Assembly: GCF_004010195.1 (NCBI RefSeq)
Contig: NC_057719.1
Location: 53,379,445 to 53,435,084 of the forward strand
DNA length: 55,640 bases
Reading direction: 5' to 3'
From: Chiloscyllium plagiosum
Taxonomy: Eukaryota
Positions 25,168 through 39,120 of this stretch are shown piece after piece. A program made the position numbers and the translations under genes. The notes beneath the pieces were generated by a model. That model had not been told where the DNA came from. It saw only the letters and a list, made by a program, of their open reading frames with translations, and made no database searches. Numbering within the stretch: the first letter of the stretch is position 1; the number at the start of each line of letters is the position of its first letter.

Positions 25168-25565
25168 TTCTAATCAACAGGTGTTTCTATCAAGGAAAGG
25201 ATTTCACTCCATTCCTATTAAAATGCATCATGATAACAGCTGACATTTTCTTACTCTGCACTGCATATCCAGGGAACTGTTGTGCCTTGTACTTACTGGA
25301 GCATTCACAAGTACCAGCCTTTTAAAGGCTCTCACTTCACACAAGGATGGTGACAGAGATTCCTGATGTCTATCATAAATTGTCAGATTACCTCAGAGCT
25401 AATGTTCAATGCTGTCCATACTTTGACAAGAGTCACTGTGAAACACACCACATGCCTGCACTAGTTAAATGGAACGATGCATTATAGGCCAGACAGGCTG
25501 TTGAGCATCATTGCACTGCGCTGCACTCTCCAAACCCTGAGTTATCAAAGAGGGACTATGTTGGA
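25168..25565 (+). pseudogene. PIF/Harbinger (HARBI1-like, DDE_Tnp_4) transposase relic
   Basis: Colinear frameshifted motifs: VFLSRKGFHSI (25181), TAYPGNCCALYLLEHSQVPAF, FNAVHTLTRVTVKHT (25405), IIALRCTLQTLSYQRG (25507), matching NRKGFHS / YPGS.HD / YN.AH..TR..VE / IIV.CC.LHN. Confidence 0.75.
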
Positions 25566-25575
25566 TGAGGAGAAA

Positions 25576-25991
25576 CTCTGGATGTAGGTTTGTTTGCTGA
25601 GCTGCAAGGTTCATTTTCAGGCATTTCGTCACCATACCAAATAACATCTTCAGCGAGCCTCTGGACAAAACACTGCTGGTGTTTCCTGCTTTCTATTTAT
25701 ATGTTTTGGTTTCCTTGGGTTGGTGATGTCATTTCCTGTGGTGACATCATTTCCTATGGTGAGGTTATCTCGTATTCGTTTTCTCAGGGGGTGGTAAATG
25801 GGGTGCAAGTCAATGTGTTTGTTGATAGGATTCTGGTTGGAATGCCATGCTTCTAGGAATTCTCATGCATGTCTCTGTTTGGCTTGTCTGAGGACAGAGG
25901 TGTTGTCCCAGTCGAAGTGGTGTCCTTCCTCATCTGCATGTAAGGATACTAGTGAGAGAGGATCATGTCATCTGGTGGCTAGCTTTCTGCC
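25576..25991 (-). mobile_element. PLE (Poseidon-like) endonuclease C-terminus + 3' end, 10 bp TSD
   Basis: Minus HDPLSLVSLHADEEGHHFDWDNTSVLRQAKQRHA*EFLEAWHSN; TGAGGAGAAA at 25566-25575 and 25992-26001. Confidence 0.85.
25620..25653 (-). ncRNA. Decayed hammerhead motif (family D)
   Basis: Minus CTGAAGA-T-GTTAT...GTGAC-GAAA-TGCC; cleavage region mutated relative to CGTC. Confidence 0.55.
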
Positions 25992-26729
25992 TGAGGAGAA
26001 ATTGTAGGAGAGACAGGAATCCTCTAAGTAGGAATACAAGGGTAACCATCATATGTTGCTTCAAGAGCATCATCAATAAGAGGAGCACAGGGCATGGCAC
26101 TGGAGTGGCTAAGAGGACGGAAGCAACCTAATAGCCAGACACTTAGAATTTTCAAGCTCGGTTCAGATTTTCTATCTTCGAGTGATCATGACATTTGCAC
26201 ACTTAGCATCTAACCCTCTGTGTCTTACATATTTCCAGCAGACTCAGTGTTGCTGATTACTGTTGGGTCAATAAAGAGGTCAGTATTGTTTTGAATGAGA
26301 TTCTGATATCTTCCTCTCTGTGAAAGCTTAAATGCATCCAAATTTCCCTGATGACAACATTAGCAATAAATCAGGGATGAAACAGTGAGCACCTTCCATT
26401 GAATCATTTTCCTGCATGTTACTGTCAATATAGTCCACGTGTTTCAGACAAATGAATAATTTCAGGAATGCCAATTCCTTATGAAGATGACCAAGTTATT
26501 ACTCAGTCTGAGAATTCTTCTGAGAAACTTTCCATTAACATCCTTTCGGTGCTTCATACTGCACTGAGTCAGCACTAGTCCCTTGTTATGCCTCAGTATC
26601 TAATCGAACAACACAAACTGCAAAAGGCTGGGTGTTATGCATCTGTTTACAGCAAACATTTGAGTCGGCCACTGGCTAAGTCACATCACAAACCCTTTCC
26701 TTGTGAAAAGAAAGAGTTCCATTTATTTT

Positions 26730-27655
26730 TGTTTATGGAATATGGACCCCACTGGTAGATGAGTAGATATTGCCCACCCCTAATCATTCTTGAGGCAGTG
26801 GTGGTGAGCTGTCTTCTTGAATAGCTGCCCTTCTTGGAGTGCAGAGACACCCAGAAATCTGGCAGAAAGGGGGTTGTCAGAATTTGATGCAGGGACCAAG
26901 TTCAGATAGTCCGTGGTTTGAAGGGCACCCTGCAGATTTCTGTGTTTTCATTGATAAACTCTGTAGGGTGTATGGGAAGAAGCCTGGGTGAGTTGTTGCC
27001 TATAGTGCCAATAATGACCTAAAGACTTTGCAAAGCATCTTTCAGCCAATTTAATATCTTGAAAGTTTGTTCAACATTTTAATGTAGAAAATGTACCAAC
27101 AATTGGTGTTCAAACTTTCAAGTAACAATGTTGCAATGATCAGGTAATATGAACTAGCCACACAAATACTGTAGCTATGGGAGCAGGTCAGAGATTAGAT
27201 TTTTGCAGTGACTAATTCACCTCCTGTCTCACCAGTGCCTGTCCACTAACCGAAAGGCACAAGTCATGGATCTGGTGGAATATTATCCACTTGCTTTGAT
27301 TTTTGCAGCTCTAAGAACATTCAAGAATTTCAACATGATCCAGAACAAAACAGTCTGCTTCATTGGCACCTGATCTACCACCTTAAATGTTTGTGACCGA
27401 CACACAGAAACAGCAATGTGTACCATCTACAAGATCGACAAGGCTCCTTCAACAGCCTCTTTCAAATCCATGTCCTCTACCATCTAGAAGGATGAGAATA
27501 GCATATATTTGGGAACACAGCCACTTGCAAGTTCCCTCTCAGCTATGCACCATTCTGACTTAAAACTACATTGTCATTTCTTCACTGAGTGGGTTAAAAT
27601 GTTGGAAATCCTTTTCTATATGAAGTCCCTCCACTCCAAGAATTGTAGCAGTTCT
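26730..27655. mobile_element. Old LINE 3' fragments (minus ~26730-27000, plus ~27160-27655) and DeuSINE remnant (~27030-27150, minus)
   Basis: attgcccacccctaat..ttgaggcagtggtggtgagc; KAQVMDLVEYYPLA-like RT C-terminus. Confidence 0.55.
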
Positions 27656-27729
27656 GACACTCAGCTGCTGCTAAAAGCTATATCCACACTTTTCTTACTT
27701 CTAGACTTGAGCTTTTCTCTCCATTCTTG

Positions 27730-28040
27730 ATTGGCCACCCACATTGTCCCTTCGTAAACTGGAGGTAAATCAAAAACCCTACTGCCCATGTTCTAACTCA
27801 CATCAAATCTCATTCACCTCTTATTTTCTGCTCGCTATAAGTTCCCAATCAAGTAATACTTTAAAAAAAAATTCTCATTCTAGCTTACAAATCCCTCTAT
27901 GGACCCCTCTCTACTTCTGTAATGATCTCCAGCCATACAACTCCATGAGATATCAGAGCTTAACTAATGCTAGCTCCCAATCTTAGTTGGTCAATCATTA
28001 GTATTTTTAGTTGCAAGGTCCCAAATTTGGAAATTCCTTC
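27730..28040 (+). mobile_element. L2-like LINE RT C-terminus
   Basis: LRKLEVNQ..; KILILAYKSL.G; LQPYNSMR motifs in order. Confidence 0.6.
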
Positions 28041-31000
28041 ACTACTGTATCTTGAACACAAAAAAATGAACAAGAGAAGACCATTCAGCCTTTGAGCCTT
28101 CTCTGCCATTCAGTATGAACAGATCACATTTCTAACCTCGGCTCCACACTCCTGCATGCCTCTGATCACCTTCCATCCTGCTGGTAATCAAGAATCGATC
28201 TGCCGCTGCTGCTGCCTGAAAAAGTAGCTCTGCAACCACTGCCTTTTAAGGAAGGAAATTTCAAAGATTCTCAACCCACCTTCCTCCTTTTGACCCTGTT
28301 TCAAACTACCTCTTTGGCCAAGCTTTTGACTAGCTAGCCTGATATCTCCTTCGTGGTTCAGTCTTTAACCCTCGGTTTAATAATACTTCCATGCAGCACC
28401 CTGTGAAGAACATTTTGTATTTATATCACAGCTTTCATGTAACAAGTCATTGTATTTTAATCCAATAAATCACAAGTAAAAGCCTTCCTTGCAAAAGATC
28501 TATTAGCATCTTTCTTGTAATTCAAGGTATTAATTTAGTCAATGACATTTGGGCTTTTCTGATCTATATTTTTGATTCTGTGGCCAAGTGATTCAGCTAC
28601 TTCTGTCAGCAGTAATAGGAGTGGCATTTTAACCAAATCTTGAAAACAATTGCAGTAATGAGCAAAAAATTGAATACTGGACTTGTAATGATACTTGTAT
28701 CAAGATAATTGTGATCTAAAGAGGAATTATTTTGCATTTCTGTCTGTTTGGTGAAACAATTTGTTTATCTGGTTTCATGAATATAGGTCTTGGTCTATGT
28801 ACTTTCATGCAAGCAAGTTGGTCAATCAAACATCTTGGTTTTATTAATTTAAAAACTTTTATCACAGATTTGTACTTGTAACATCTTTTTTCAAACCCAT
28901 TTCAATTATCAGGGAAGTGTGATTTGCTTTTTGAATTACTGGACTTAGCAATAGTTGTATTGCATAAATTTGGTGCTAAGCATGAATTTGTTAATTTCCA
29001 AAAAAAGCTGCTCCTGTCACACAGGGCTACAAATTAGATAGCCCCATCTTGAGGACATTGGGGTGTAGAGATGAGGGCTAGGGGAAGAGAGAGTCAACAA
29101 TTCCTATCATTATTTCTTTTGATGTGCTGACTTCCAGGATTTGTGCACAGCAATGTCTTCTGAAACCCTAATTCAAATGTTCTTACGACATCAGTATGTC
29201 AACTGCAGCGTGTGGAATCGCTGAACGGCTGTTCAGATGCACAGCTTGGAGACAAATGTTGGAGGAAGTGGCCACTATGTGCAAATTAGAGATGGTGTTC
29301 CTGCTGATTGAAAGCAGCAAGTCGAAGCACTCACCTCACCTCCACGGAAGTAGGTGCCCCTCAGTGAATTTGTGGCACTACTTTCTGGCTGGCTTGGTGT
29401 ACCAGAGAGGCGAAGTGCGGTAAGCCAACAATATGCTCCAGGCAGCCTTCTCATTTAAGCACAGGCCTACAATTCTGGAAAATCACTTCAGGCACTCAAG
29501 GTCAAGGAATCTGTTCCACCATGCCAGTGAAAATGCTCCCAACTTGAATGGTTTTATGCTGAAGACATTGACCATCCAAATGAAAGACAGGAGAGGGGCC
29601 AGTCTTCAAGACAGTAAGTGAATGTATTTGTCCATCACAGCTCAGATCATCCACATCAACTGTTTGTCGTGCTGCTCAGTACATAATATTGTGATATCAG
29701 TTTAAGAGAGAACATGCTAATTAGCAAACACCAGGTTGTAGAATATGGGATGAGCAGCCATTTCACAGTTTTCGTCTGGCACATATTGCAAGGGTGCACC
29801 AATACGCTTACCTGTAACAATAGTTGCTGAAACTCTAATAGTCTGCAGAGGAATCCTTAACCACATCTAGAACACATCTTCAAATGAGTAGAATCTCAAT
29901 CTTGTTTCCTGTTTGGAAATGAGCTAGGTGTGACTGTAAGGAAAAACAAAGCAAAAACACACCATCACTCATCCAGCAGCAGACCTTGACTTGTATTGTT
30001 ACATTACATTTCACCCACGTATAGCTTTCCAATCACACCTACAGCAGAAACACAGACTCAGCTTTCTACAGCTATACAAACCCATAAGTATTCCTCTGTG
30101 GCAACCACATACACCAAGTATGTAATACCCAGATACTGCCCTTCTGACCTCCCTGCTGGAGAAGGTGAAATAGAACTAGCAGTAAAATCGGGAAAGCAGA
30201 CGGGGAATAGACACCTGCAACCTCCCAGTATCCTGAGGAGGTAGTTGAACAACCTTGGAGATAATATCACAAAGATAGCACCCGGCACTGCCAAAGCCAA
30301 ACTGAATTGTGCAATGCTGCCTTAAGTAGCTTCTCTACTCACTCTTTACTCTCAACCTAAGAGAGGCTATGATGTAGAAACTTTAGACTGAGTGTCCATA
30401 GAACTCCTGTTGTCCTCCCCACAGTCTCTCTCTCTCCCATCACAGCCCTTCCTTTTTGTGTGCTTTCAGGTAGCCAGGAACTTGTGGCTACCTAAGCTTC
30501 AAAAGTAGCCAGAGCAAGAGGAAGAGCAAGCTCAGGTGGGTGAGGAGACACCATCTCCTGACCTTGCAGTCCCAGCCATCCACTCAGATACTGAAGTTGA
30601 ACATTAGAGGCTGATCTAGAGTTGGAATTTGCATGTAGGCATAGGTGAGTTACAGCCAGGTCAGCAGAACAGTGTTTGCTATTTCTGAACTCTTACAAAG
30701 GCAAAGTTTCAGATGAATTCTGCAGCAAGGAAGTCACAGGACGCTTGCTTGCTTAGATGCCTGGTGCCTTGACAGCATCAATCATTCACTGGTGAGGAAC
30801 GTGAAGGATTCCAGGTCAAATATTTTTCAAGGCTTTGCACAGAGCATGAAGCCCGTTATTTTGAGTGTGATCTAGGGTGTAATCTGTGGCAATTATCACA
30901 GTTGCTACCACAGCACAAGAGAAGCAAAACAATGCTCCAAAAGCTTAACCTGAGTCTTAGTAGTTATAACTCTCTTAACCTTCAGTGTAATGACAATCCC

Positions 31001-31974
31001 TTTGAATGGTGCAAAAACAGTTGTATCTTGCTTTATATCACCCTGTTGTTTCAGGAATGTGTAACAAAGATGCCACCTGCCAATGTGCTGACCAAATTTT
31101 GTCTCCAGGCATGGCATCAGCATGTTCAGGCCATGGGTGTGCTGATGATAATATTGATTAAAGACCTTTGGGTCATGTCGAGGGTGCATTAGCATGTGGC
31201 ATTTCCAGCAGTTATGCATGCAGGCTACATGGTAAGTGACCAGTCATTCATCACAGGAAAAGCTGTAGGACATCCGTAGCCCCACTACGTATGGCACTAG
31301 ATTTTACATGCCACTAAATTTAACACCATGTGCCTTTAATTATGCTGTATCAAGATGATGTTCTCGAAAAGGAAAAATGGAGTATTGATTAAAAATAAAA
31401 AATTTTTAAGTATGAGAATCCAAAAGTATTTCCATTAGCAGGCTATTTCATTCTGAGATAAGAAAAAATGCAAGCAAAGCAAATCTAGGCAGTAAGAGGG
31501 CAAAACAACCAGAAAATAGAATGGTTATATTGATTATTAGCAGGAGATTGTTCCAAAGGCAACTGACTTCAGTTTTTCTTGCAGCAGATCTTTCGCAGGG
31601 CCTATTTAATACACAAAATAAAATTAAGAATGAAAGAAATATCATCAGACGTAGATTTGGCCTTTTGGGCCTGCTCTGCTATTCAATTTTATCTTCCGAG
31701 TTACATCTTCCCATACCAATCCTATATTTCTTGAATCCCTTAGGATTACCATTGATTCCTTAAGTATTTAAAAATACAAAAAATCTCCTTGGACTTGTTC
31801 ATCAAAATAGGTTGTATTTAAACCTGTAAACACTTAGAATTTTTTGTTGAACGTACTGAAGTGACTATTCTTTCATCTACTCACTTTGAGTAGCTGGTCA
31901 AGTTTTTTCAATAAAGAGGGAAGTTGTGATTTAGTTTCACCGGTTAAGGACCGACCCTTCAGTGTTTTAGAACA

Positions 31975-32268
31975 GAATCAGAATTGTGGGTTCCTACAGT
32001 GCAGAAACAGGCCATTCGAACCATTGTGCCTACACTGACCTTCAGAAGAGCATCCCACTCAGACCCCCTCCCCACCCCCGAACCCCCCGCCAATCCAATC
32101 TCTGCATCTCCTATGGCTAATCCATGTAAGCTTCCATATCTCTGAGCACTATGAGCAATTTGGCATGGCTAGTCCACCTAACCTGCATATCTCCAGATTG
32201 TGGGAGGAAACTAGAGCACCCAGAAGAAATTCACATAGATACGGGAGAATGTGCAAACTCCACACAGA
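31975..32268 (-). mobile_element. HE1-related SINE
   Basis: tgtgggaggaaactagagcacccagaagaaa...gaatgtgcaaactccacacag shared with other HE1 copies. Confidence 0.8.
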
Positions 32269-34268
32269 GCTGACACCTTCCCTCATGCACTCCTACTGCC
32301 AAGGCATACATTGCTTTTAGAGGTACTCTAAATATCAGCAGTGTTCTTTAAATTGAGAGTTCATTATGCATTTTAGTTACACAATTTAGCACATTAACAT
32401 AATTACACTCAAATCTCACCATATTTAAAATCAGCCAGGTAGTGAATTCTTGGAATTACTCAATTTTAAAAGATAATTTCAAAACAGTTTCATTACGATT
32501 TCATTGCATGGGTAACATGGCTGAGGTTTTAGCAAACATTGAATCTTCATTCAAAAATAGTGCAAGACAATAAACATATTGATCCTTTTTAATCTAGTTT
32601 TCAATAGTTTTCCTTTTAGCTACCTCTTCCTTCAAAGTCATCCTTGAAGGAAAAATAGTACTATCTAGTTACAAGGATTTACTGTTTTGCTCATCCAGCA
32701 GATTGTTTTCAAACACCTATGTTGAAATCAACAATACAATAGGTGATGAAAAGGTTTCCAAAACAATGCACATACTGAGTAAGAGATATAACAATAATTT
32801 CAGAATTTTCTTCAACTTCATAGTTGACAATCATGAAAGATCATGTAAAGATGCCTGCAAATTCAAGTTCTTGGTTCACGTAAATCCCCAATGATACAAA
32901 CAATTCCTATTTATCACTTTTAGGAGATTGATGGGGAGAACATTCATTTGCTGACTTTCTGATAATCATTATTTCAAGGGATTTGCAATGGTTTTACTGT
33001 GATTGAAGACAAACAGCAAAGTATCATGTATAATGTAGGATGCAGTCTCTCATTAGTAAGCAGTATGTGAAAGCCCTCTGGGAATTTCTAACTAGGTTAC
33101 CTTTTAGTTCTATTTTAAATCAATTGATCTGGCATCTTTCCTGGAGTTCTCTTATTCAGAATGTTTTGAGTGTTCGCGTAATCCTTAATAGAGAAATCAG
33201 TGTCTTTGCAATTAATTGGCTATGTTGAAGAAATCCAGATTTAAACAAATTAAAATTGGAATAAATTATTTTGTCGTCATAACACTTGAGAACAATATGA
33301 GGCATTTGTAGACTATGCAGAAGGTTTTAAAACAAAATCATTACATCAGAAAGCCTGCAGCTAGATTTTCAAATAATTTTTAGGATTGCATTCGAAATGA
33401 TTGTTGACAATCCTGCAATGAAATCTAGCTGATAGGCTGTGGAAATCGGTATGCTCTTGGGGTAGAAACCTCTTTTGTTGCGGTAAAACATGCAAATACT
33501 GAGTTTCTACTTTGTGTGAAGTGGGGAGATTGGATATAAATTATGCTTGAAATTGTGTTAATGAAATTTCCATTATAATAGATACTAACTCTTCAATCAA
33601 CCAATGCAATTGATCTATTTAAGTGTGGTAAACCATGGCAGCTTTGCAGCTTAAATGGATGTTTATGTTTGGCAAAGAAAACATGGTCAATTTGAAGTCT
33701 CTCTTTGATGACTACATATGGAAACTTGCTAACCTCATTATTTCAATCTGGGGACGTGTCAAGTTTGTGGGTGAAGCAGGTTTCAAGCAAAGTGATGGTT
33801 AAAATAATAAAAAAAAAAAATCACAGAAGCTTAATTTACATACACTTGAGTTCCTGTGATCTTTTGTCTGCATTATACGGATGAACCTGGTGCAAACTAC
33901 CACAAACTCCACCTTAGAGAATCTGCCCCCAAGGGTCAAACCCAAAATGATAGACAGCTGCATACTGCTTTACTCAGAGTTAATAAATGAAATTTTTTGC
34001 ATCATTGTGATAAAAGGGCACAACAGTTTACAGAATGTGTTACATGAATTGATTATTCCCAAGGTCTGGATTGAGAATTCAAGGAATGAGAGCAGAATTC
34101 AGTCATCCTATGTAGCAAAAGCACTAGGTGATGGATTTAGAAGTGAGAGCTTTGCTGTAGCCGCGTGTTTGTGATACGCAGCGGCCACATTATTATGTGA
34201 TGGACCTCAGAAAGAGGTTCCCAAATCTGCCATTTGCTGTTGGAGTCAGTGGACTGTATTTAAACAGC

Positions 34269-34443
34269 AAGGCAGAAGTGGGTACTGTAGATTAGAGTGG
34301 TGCTGGAAAAGCACAGGTCAGGCTGCATCCAAGGAGCAGGAATATCGACGTTTCCTGATGAAGAGCTTTTGCCCAAAACGTCGATTCTCCTACTCCTCAG
34401 ATGCTGCCTGACCAGCTGTGCTTTTCCAGCACCACTCTAATCT
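34269..34443. mobile_element. Fold-back PLE terminus (family A), 14 bp TSD
   Basis: Arms agattagagtggtgctggaaaagcacag / ctgtgcttttccagcaccactctaatct; TGTATTTAAAcAGC 34255-34268 and TGTATTTAAAtAGC 34444-34457. Confidence 0.85.
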
Positions 34444-34609
34444 TGTATTTAAATAGCCCCCCAGGTTCAGCTGCAGTGTGCCAACAAGGAAGCACCATTG
34501 TCACTGTGGAAGAATCTCACTCCTGAATACAGCTCCAACTTCAAAGGCTTTTCTTTCGACTGAATCCACCTAGATCTCCTTCACAAGTGCTCATCCTCAC
34601 GAGGAGAGC

Positions 34610-34820
34610 GGATGGCACCAGTTCAATGAGAAGTCATCCCCCCAGTTGGTCTTCCTGGCTCCTTGGGAAGTGTGCATTTCCCAGCCGGCTGCAGCAGGAG
34701 GTGTTCCTGTTGACATAGGAACCTGGGTGGCAGTGTCAGCAATTGCTAGAAGCTTTGGGATGCATAGGTGCCCTTGGGGTGGACAGAGGATCAATAAGCT
34801 CATTCAGACCAGCAGGGTGA
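34610..34820 (+). pseudogene. Possible Harbinger Myb/SANT ORF relic
   Basis: TWVAVSAIARS..RCPW..QRINKLIQTSR followed by GTGAGG resembles AW..VA..VS...R.W.QC.KR.NDL...R|intron; very degenerate. Confidence 0.35.
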
Positions 34821-35131
34821 GGATAATGGGATGGTTCAAATGTTATGTCTCTTATGCAATGTGACCTAGTGTGGGACAGGAGTGGGCAGGGAAGTGAAAC
34901 CCTCAGTCACAGATGGATCACAAGGTCTGGTTGCACATGGGTTGAAGTGGTGGAAGAAAGAAAGAGTGGATATCAACTAGGAGGCCAAATTGTCAATACA
35001 TTCCTGTTGGAATTGCAGTCACTTAATGAGAAATGACTCATTGCCCCTTGACTGTTTGCAAGAAACATGGGTGACAAAGTAGAGAACAGGTCAAAACATG
35101 CTCAATATTAGGACATTGACACTTCGGGAGT

Positions 35132-35522
35132 CATGGTTTGGAGACGCTGGTGTTGGACTGGGATGTACAAAGTTACAAATTACACTACACCAGGTTTAGT
35201 CCAACAGGTTTAATTGGGAGCTTTCAGACTGCTGCTCCTTCATGAGGTGGTTGTGGATTACACGATTGTAAGACACAGAATTTACAGCAAAAGTTTAGAG
35301 TATGATATAACTGAAATTATACATTGAAAAATACCTTGATTGTTTGTTAAGTCTCTCATCTGTTGGAATGATCATGTTATTTTCACCTCTTTCATATGTA
35401 AATCACAAAATATTTGTTAAAGATACATTAAAGTTAAAAGTGGAATTTGAGAATGTGGAACTTTTACTCCAAAAGCTAGTGCATCCAATTAAACCTGGTG
35501 TGTGATTTTTGACTTTGTACAC
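35132..35522. mobile_element. PLE family B, long minus arm plus short inverted arm
   Basis: 35132-35290 is reverse complement of 5935-6103; plus arm ~35466-35522. Confidence 0.8.
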
Positions 35523-35584
35523 TTGGAGGGCAGGGTGTGGCTGTTGGACAATCAGAGGATGAATTGAGTGCAGTAAGCAACACG

Positions 35585-35840
35585 GCAGATCAGTGTTTAG
35601 CACTTCTGCCTCACTGCCCCAGAGACCAGAGTTCCATTCCAGCCTTGGGTCACTGTCTGTCTATGTGAAGTCTGCATATTCTCCCCATGTCTACATGGGT
35701 TTCCTCCCACAATCCAAACATATGCAGGTTAGGTGGATTAGCCACAGAAAATGCAGTATTATAGGGATAGGGTAGAGGGATGGACCTGGATAGGATGCTC
35801 TTTGTAGGTCAGCCTGCTTTCATACTGTAGGGATTCTAGG
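35585..35840 (+). mobile_element. HE1-type SINE (old)
   Basis: tcagtgtttagcacttctgcctcac; gtttcctcccacaatccaaacatatgcaggttagg; actgtagggattcta tail. Confidence 0.75.
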
Positions 35841-36914
35841 AGGATTCTGCAAAGAGACTGAGGAAGCCTTAAGCTGGTGTCAGCCAATGAACAATAAGGA
35901 GGTGTGTCACAGAGGGCTATAAGAGTATCATGAACCTAATTCTGTTATCCAATACAGTCCTCACACTCTGGAGGGACCGCTGCTCCATTGCCCATAATCC
36001 TGCAGTGTCTACTTCAGAAGAAAGGAAGTGACACCAAAACATCAGGGGTGCACCTGTTCCATCTTTCTCCTGCATCCTGCACTACAGCAGATATTGTCAC
36101 TTTAGATGAGGGACACTTCCAGTGAGCAGTGCCCAGATACTTCAGAACAGCTGATGGAGCCTGTGAGACCCTGAAACTTGGGAATCTGACCCATGCTGAT
36201 CCCCAGGCCTTTGGCTGGCCTCTAGTTATGATCACACAGAACAGATTGGAGATGCATCATGAGACAGTGTACAGGCAGGAGCAAATGATGGCAGATCAGT
36301 GGGTAAGCGTTTGGTTTTCTACATGCAGTGGTTGGTAACTACCATGGAGATCCAGATTCAGCTGACCAATCAATGGCTGGTATAAGTGCTTAGACCAGTA
36401 GACCCTCGTATTTGTAATGGGCTGTATGACTATGACCACCCAATAGGAGGATATGATACTTGGACGTCCCACCAGAAAATTGAGAATTGCTTCTTCAGGC
36501 AACACCTCTCAAGATGCTGATTGTTTTTCTCTGAGCGATGGCTGTGCACAAAAACAGAAAATGCTGAATCCTGCTCTTTAGAAGATTCTGTGGGCTAAAA
36601 ATGTTAAATCTATGTCTGTCTCCACAGATGCTACCAGACCCTACTGAGTTCCACCAGCATATTCTATTTTTATTTCAGATCTGAATTATTTTTATTTTAA
36701 TTAAGCCATTCCTCAGCCCCTCAGAGTGACCCAATCACTTTTGGCAAGGCCCATCAAGCTTTGGACAGCAAGGTCATCTCTAGTAAAAAGACACCACATC
36801 CAACAGCCTGTCTCCATCTTCAGCTACTGGTCACATCTTGTTGTAGCCATGGTATGTATATATGAGAGAGAATATATAGGTATACAAATATACATCCCTC
36901 ATGATTGTTATTTA

Positions 36915-39120
36915 CCATAGAGTCATAGAGATGTATAGTATGGAAACAGACCCTTTGGTCCAACCAGTCCATGCCAACCAAATATACCAACCCAATCTAG
37001 TCCCACCTGCCAGCACATCCCTCCAAACCCTTCTATTCATATACCCATCTAGATACCTCTTAAATGTTGCAATTGTACCAACCTCCACCACTTCCCTCTG
37101 GCAGCTCATTCCATACACGTACTACCCTCTGCGTGAAAAAGTTGCCCCTTAGGTCTCTTTTATATCTTTCCCCTCTCACCCTAAACCTATGCCCTCTAGT
37201 TCTTGACTCCCCGACCCCAGGGAAAAAAAGACTTTGCCTATTTATCCTATCATGCCTCTCATGACTTCATAAACCTCTATAAGGTCACCCCTCAGCCTCC
37301 AACGCTCCAGGGAAAACAGCCCCGCCTGTTCACCCTCTCCCCATAGCTCAAATCCTCTAACCCTGGCAACATTCTTGTAAATCTTTTCTGATTCCTTTCA
37401 AGTTTCACAACATCTTTCCGATAGGAAGGAGATCAGAATTGCATGCAATATTCCAACAGTGGCCTAACCAATGTCCTGTACAGCCGCAACATGACCTCCC
37501 AACTCCTGTACTTAATACTCTGACCAATAAAGGAAAGCACACCATACGCCTTCTTCACTATCCTATCTACTTGCGACTTTACTTTTAAGGAGCTATGAAC
37601 TTGCACTGTAAGGTCTCTTTGTTCAGCAACACTCCCTAGGACCTTACCATTAAGTGTATAAGTCCTGCTAAGATTTGCTTTCCCAAAATGCAGCACCTTG
37701 CTTTTATCTAAATTAAACTCAATCTGCCACTTCTCAGCCTATTGGCCCACCTGATCAAGATCCTTTTGTAATCTAAGGTAACCTTCTTTCCTGTCCACTA
37801 CACCTCCAATTTTGGTGTCATCTGCAAACTTATTAACCATACTTCTTATGCTCGCATCCAAATCATTTATATAAATGACAACAAGTAGAGGACCCAGCAC
37901 TGATCCTTGAAGCACTCCACTGGTCACAGGCCTCCAGTCTGAAAAACAACCCTCTGTCTTCTAATTCTGAGCCAGTTCTGTATCCAAATGACGAGTTCTC
38001 CCTGTATTCTGAGAGATCTAACCTTGCGAACCAGCCTCCCATGGGGAACTTTGTTGAACACCTTAATGAAGTCCATATAGATCACATCTACCGCTCTGCC
38101 CTAATCAATCCTCTATGTTACTTCTTCAAAAAACTCAATCAAGTTTGAGACATTATTTCCCCATGCACACGTACATCCTGTCCCTCAGGATTCCCTCCAA
38201 CAACATGCCCACCACTGATGTCAGGTTCACTGGTCTATAGTTCCCTGGCTTGTCCTTACTATCCTGATTAAAGAGTGGCACTACGTTTGCCAACCTCCAG
38301 TCTTCCGGCACCTCACCTGTGCCTATCGATGATACAAATATCTCAGCAAGAGGCCCAGCAATCACTTCTCTAGCTTCCCACAGAGTTCTCGGGTACACCT
38401 GATCAGGTCCTGGGGATTTATCTATCTTTATGCATTTCAAGACATCCAGCACTTCCTTCTCTGTAATCTGGACATTCTGCAAGGTGTCACCATCTATTTC
38501 CCTACAGTCTATATCTTCCATACCCTTTTCCACAGTAAGTACTGATGCAAAATACTGATGCGGCAGTCAGTTTTCGAAATTTCTCGCCTAATACCGTCAA
38601 AATTGGCCTTCCTCCAATTTAGAACTTCAGCTTTTAGATCTGGTCTATCCTTTTCCATCACTATTTTAAATCTAATGGAATTATGGTTGCTGGCCCCAAA
38701 GTGCTCCCCCACTGATACCTCAGTCACCTGCCCTGTCTTATTCTCCAAGAGTAGGTCAAGTTTCCCACTTTCTCTAGTAGGTACATCCACATACTGAATC
38801 AGAAAATTGTCTTGTACACACTTAAATTCCTCTCTATCTAAATGCTTAACAGTATGGCAGTCCCAGTCTATGTTTGGAAAGCTAAAATCCCCTCTCAACC
38901 ACCCTATAATTCTTACAGATAGCTGAGATCTCCTTACAAGTTTGTTTCTCGATTTCCCTCTGACTATTAGGGGGTCTATAATCCAATACCAATAAGGTGA
39001 TCATCCCTTTCTTAATTTCTCAGTTCCACCCAAATAACTTCTCTGGATGTATTTCCAGGAATACCCTCCCTCAGCACAACTGTAATGCTATCCCTTATCA
39101 TAAAGGCCACTCCCCCTCAA
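36915..39120 (-). mobile_element. CR1 LINE, ~2.2 kb, endonuclease C-terminus to 3' tail
   Basis: ORFs 38509 (GDFSFPNIDW..LDLLL..SNHN), 38153 (KSPGPD..NYRPVNLTS), 37739 (QGSVLGP..FADDTKIGG), 37433. Confidence 0.95.

Noticed and set aside
32703..32894. ORF on plus and signal-peptide-like MKLKKILKLLLYLLL on minus
   Set aside because: Short, AT-rich, no homology recognised
6316..35840. tRNA-like A/B boxes as tRNA genes
   Set aside because: They are HE1 SINE heads without a full cloverleaf
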